Assembly: GCA_035084275.1 (NCBI GenBank)
Contig: CM068759.1
Location: 2,294,001-2,358,000 of the forward strand
Source: Hydrolagus colliei
Taxonomy: Eukaryota
Direction of reading: 5' to 3'
DNA length: 64,000 nt
The notes below the pieces were generated by a model, which saw only the letters and a program-made list of their open reading frames with translations, was not told the DNA's origin and searched no databases. Positions 61,200 through 64,000 of this stretch are shown here, one piece after another (positions within the stretch are counted from its first letter, which is position 1; each line of letters starts with the position of its first letter). The translations under genes and the position numbers were made by a program.

Positions 61200-61510
61200 G
61201 TTCCAGATCACGCCGTGAATGAAGAACTGCGGCCACAACTCTGTATGTTCATCTGTCCCAAAGTAGGACTTTTTTAACGTTACATTACAAACCGCGGGAG
61301 GTTTGATTCTGCCGATGACCCAAAGCGTATTTATTTCAAATGGCTTCTGCTAACTCCCGGTTAACTTGGCGGTTGCTTCTCAGCAGGTTTGAGGAACGTG
61401 AGGTACTCCTTTCAGCAGGAAGGCGCGCATTTGTATTTCGAGAATGGTTTGTGGTGTGACGGAAGTGCGGCGGTGCTGTTTTCGCTGTTCGCCAGCATCA
61501 CGTACACCTG
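61200..61510. promoter_or_regulatory. Candidate intronic enhancer
   Basis: CpG-rich; TGTGGT 61450 next to CGGAAGTG 61460, GAGGAA 61391, CAGGAAG 61416. Motif evidence only. Confidence 0.35.
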
Positions 61511-62323
61511 AGACACTCTTGTGTGTGACAAGAATGTGTCATTGTAACATGTATTTCCTGGGATTAGGCTGTTTAATTGAGATTCCCATTGAAAGCTCTC
61601 ATAAAGGCCTCTCTGTGAAGCACCATTGCATTTAACATAGTGGATAGTCCAGCGACTGTGTTAAAGTAGAAAAAAAACACTCGCTGCGTAGGAGTGCAGG
61701 TGCCTTTGCTAATGAATATTTTTCTCATTAAAAATAACTTTATTAGCGAGACGTTAAGGATTATTTAAGTGCTTCGCCTGTTGTCGAAAGTGCAATGGAG
61801 AGAGTGTTGGGTATTGTTAGCAGGAGACTGGAATGCTAATCGCGCAGATTGCCTGCTTGATAATAAATGACGGATCACTTAAGGATGCCGGTCACAGTAG
61901 CTCAACTGCATTATCATGCAACGCGGTCGTTGTGTACAATCTGAGCAGATGTGCCTGATGAAAGCTAGGATATTGGTTATTCAAGAACAGAAGAAAGGAA
62001 GCAAATTTAATTAAAAGTACATGTTTGCTGGACAAATGTTTCCATGTTGACGCATCGCAGGAATTAAAATAGGAAGGTTTACGTTGAGTTGGAAACGGGG
62101 GCCTTGTTTACTTTGTAATTTGGCACCAATTTCCCCCTGGTTCGAGCCACACATGACTAGTTTTAGATTTCAACTCTTTCCCTTATTACGCTCAAAATCT
62201 GGATTGATTTAAATAAAACGCAAATTTCGGATTATTTTGTCGGTGAGGTGAACCGTGAGGAATCGGGTCAGCTACTCAAATTGACTTGTTTACAAAGGAC
62301 CTGACTTCTGCTGTTATTTTTAG

Positions 62324-62472
62324 GTTGCGGGTCTTCAAGTAGGAAGGAAGATCTACTCCATCAACGAGGACCTGGTTTTCCTCCGACCGTTCGTGGAAGT
62401 GGAGGTTATTTTGAACCAGTTTCATTGCAGTCGGAGGTCGCTGAGGGTACTGGTGGCAACCAAACCCAAAGA
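62324..62472 (+). CDS. PREX1: PREX1 exon 18 (PDZ1): [49 protein letters not shown]
   Basis: tttag|GTT...AGA|gtgagt; 149 nt, ends phase 2. Confidence 0.97.
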
Positions 62473-62739
62473 GTGAGTCAGATTCGCTTGCTCTCCTCTC
62501 GTGACCAAATACAAGTAGACAAATATTTCAGCTGTTACTTAATCATGCGGTACCTATTTCAAAAGGAAATGTGGATTGTTTAAAAATGAATCAACACAGC
62601 TATTTAATCCTTCCTCGCTCTTTCCCAATCCCTTTGTCCTCTTGAGTAAACGAGAATTGGGAATCTTTTGGCCGACTGCTTTGTAGGTCAGTGGTGCTCG
62701 AAATGCACTGCCCCTTGCTACAATATTCCTGAACTATGT

Positions 62740-63053
62740 ATGGAGCTCCTGTAGCTCAGTGGTTAGAGCACTTGCCCTACGAGCGTTCATATCCAGGCAG
62801 GTCAGGGCGAAACCTTGGTCAAGTTTCCTTACTCCACACACACGCCTTATAATAATCCCTCAAAAAAACAACAATAAAAAAATTGGTCATTTCAATCCAC
62901 GACTATTTGTGGGGACACTGCTGTGCGTAATTGGCTGCTGTGTTTCGCCCACAAATATACAGTCAATTCACTTTACAGTATATTCTGAAGCGCTTTGAGA
63001 TGTCCAGAAGACGTGAAAAAGCGCTACATCAAATGCAAGGATTATTATTATTA
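62740..63053 (+). mobile_element. Full-length tRNA-SINE (head partly deleted)
   Basis: ctgtagctcagtggttagagcac...caggcaggtcagggcgaaacc...(ATT)n. Confidence 0.9.
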
Positions 63054-64000
63054 GTAACACAGACAACCTCAATTAGACTGGTATGACATTCCCACCGTTC
63101 CTCATCTAATATATTTCTCCCCTGAATGAAACCAATAACTTAGTGCTGAAAGCCAAACTTAATTTCACTTCAGTTCGTTCACCCGTGAGTGAAAACACTC
63201 ACTTGACCACCTGATTTTTTATTCCTAGTTAATCTACCTTAAATAGATGTGATTCCAAGTATCACCCAAATTATGCTACCTGCCGTTTATTGTTGAAAAC
63301 TGGACAACAGCTAGCACTGTAACTGAATGCGTTGCAGTGTGGCTCAGATTGCCTGTTGCCCATTGAGCATTTTTGTGGGGTGTGGTGGAAACTCGATGCC
63401 CATTCCCTTCAATGCCGAATTTGTTCGCTCAGCCTGAGTACGAAATGGAGAGTTGCTTAGGCATCGATGTGTTAACAACATCGTAAACCACAATTCAGCG
63501 TGTCTCTCGGCTGTTAAATATGTGTCTGTCGAATAACATTGTCATTCTCATGCGTGGCAAGATGCCAGGGATCGCAAAGAGAATGTACATCTAGAGTCGT
63601 GATTTGTTGGTGATCTGTCAAAGCGAACGCTGGAACATCATGAAGGCCCCATAAGACATGATTTACATCACATGCAGGGGCTGCGCTGATAATTCATGGA
63701 TGATTATGGCTATTGCATAGTTATGGTTATGGACTAACTGTGAGCGAAATGTAACTTGAGAGCGAAACCCAATGCAGCCATTTTGCACCAGGCCTCAAAG
63801 TTTGGATCAAGAGGTCAGAATTTTTGATGATGATGCATTCCAGCCATTAGTCCAGTACAGCTGTAACTGGGGTGAGAGCCAATTAGGTTATGGTGTGATG
63901 TGGATTTCCCAAAATATTTCCAACCCATTTTCTGAAGGAAATCAGTGGAATAATTGAACCGTGATGCAGCGTTTTAAGAAACAAAGAAAAGGGTCATGGT

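Larger units (their letters stand above)
1..64000 (+). other. PREX1: PREX1 gene body (partial: intron 1 through intron 18)
   Basis: 17 spliceable exons translate to a continuous DH-PH-DEP-DEP-PDZ protein. Diagnostic segments (KKSTKRTKS loop, [49 protein letters not shown]) match recalled P-Rex1 rather than P-Rex2. Confidence 0.95.

Noticed and set aside
61950-62000. Hammerhead ribozyme at CTGATGA (also 6068, 44826)
   Set aside because: No stem II followed by GAAA with compatible flanking helices could be built by eye.
22092-62472. Assignment to PREX2
   Set aside because: The PH loop, DEP and PDZ diagnostic segments match P-Rex1, although a few positions are P-Rex2-like and probably ancestral.
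385-63957. The large majority of ORF-track entries as independent genes
   Set aside because: They are short, often have non-ATG starts, have low-complexity or repeat-derived translations and show no recognisable domains. Those with real signal are PREX1 exons (24985, 42349, 46827, 56302) or L2 relics (8424, 55676).

Overview
Vertebrate genomic DNA, not prokaryotic. The repeat content (tRNA-head SINEs with L2-type tails, L2 and CR1 LINE 3' ends, DeuSINE relics) suggests a cartilaginous fish, probably a holocephalan such as the elephant shark; this is an inference. The whole window lies inside one + strand gene, PREX1 (PIP3/Gbetagamma-dependent Rac exchanger 1). I assembled 17 consecutive coding exons by eye (equivalent to exons 2-18, 22092..62472). 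All have AG/GT boundaries and compatible phases, giving 1901 nt of uninterrupted frame that covers most of the DH domain, PH, DEP1, DEP2 and PDZ1. Exon 1 and the 3' half of the gene lie outside the window; 1..22091 is intron 1. Almost all ORF-track entries are chance ORFs. The introns hold about 25 copies of a tRNA-Val(TAC)-like SINE, many ~60-nt solo L2 tails, CR1 fragments, older SINE relics and microsatellites. The most notable observations are: a covarying 3' stem-loop shared by three retroposon families; two SINE copies 30 kb apart sharing a 5' extension; a long versus short SINE subfamily; nested and tail-to-tail inverted SINE hairpins; a strong upstream 'poison' acceptor before exon 3; and several CpG-rich ETS/RUNX motif clusters. 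I see no convincing evidence of a wholly new multi-gene system. Repeat boundaries are approximate (by eye); exon boundaries are exact.
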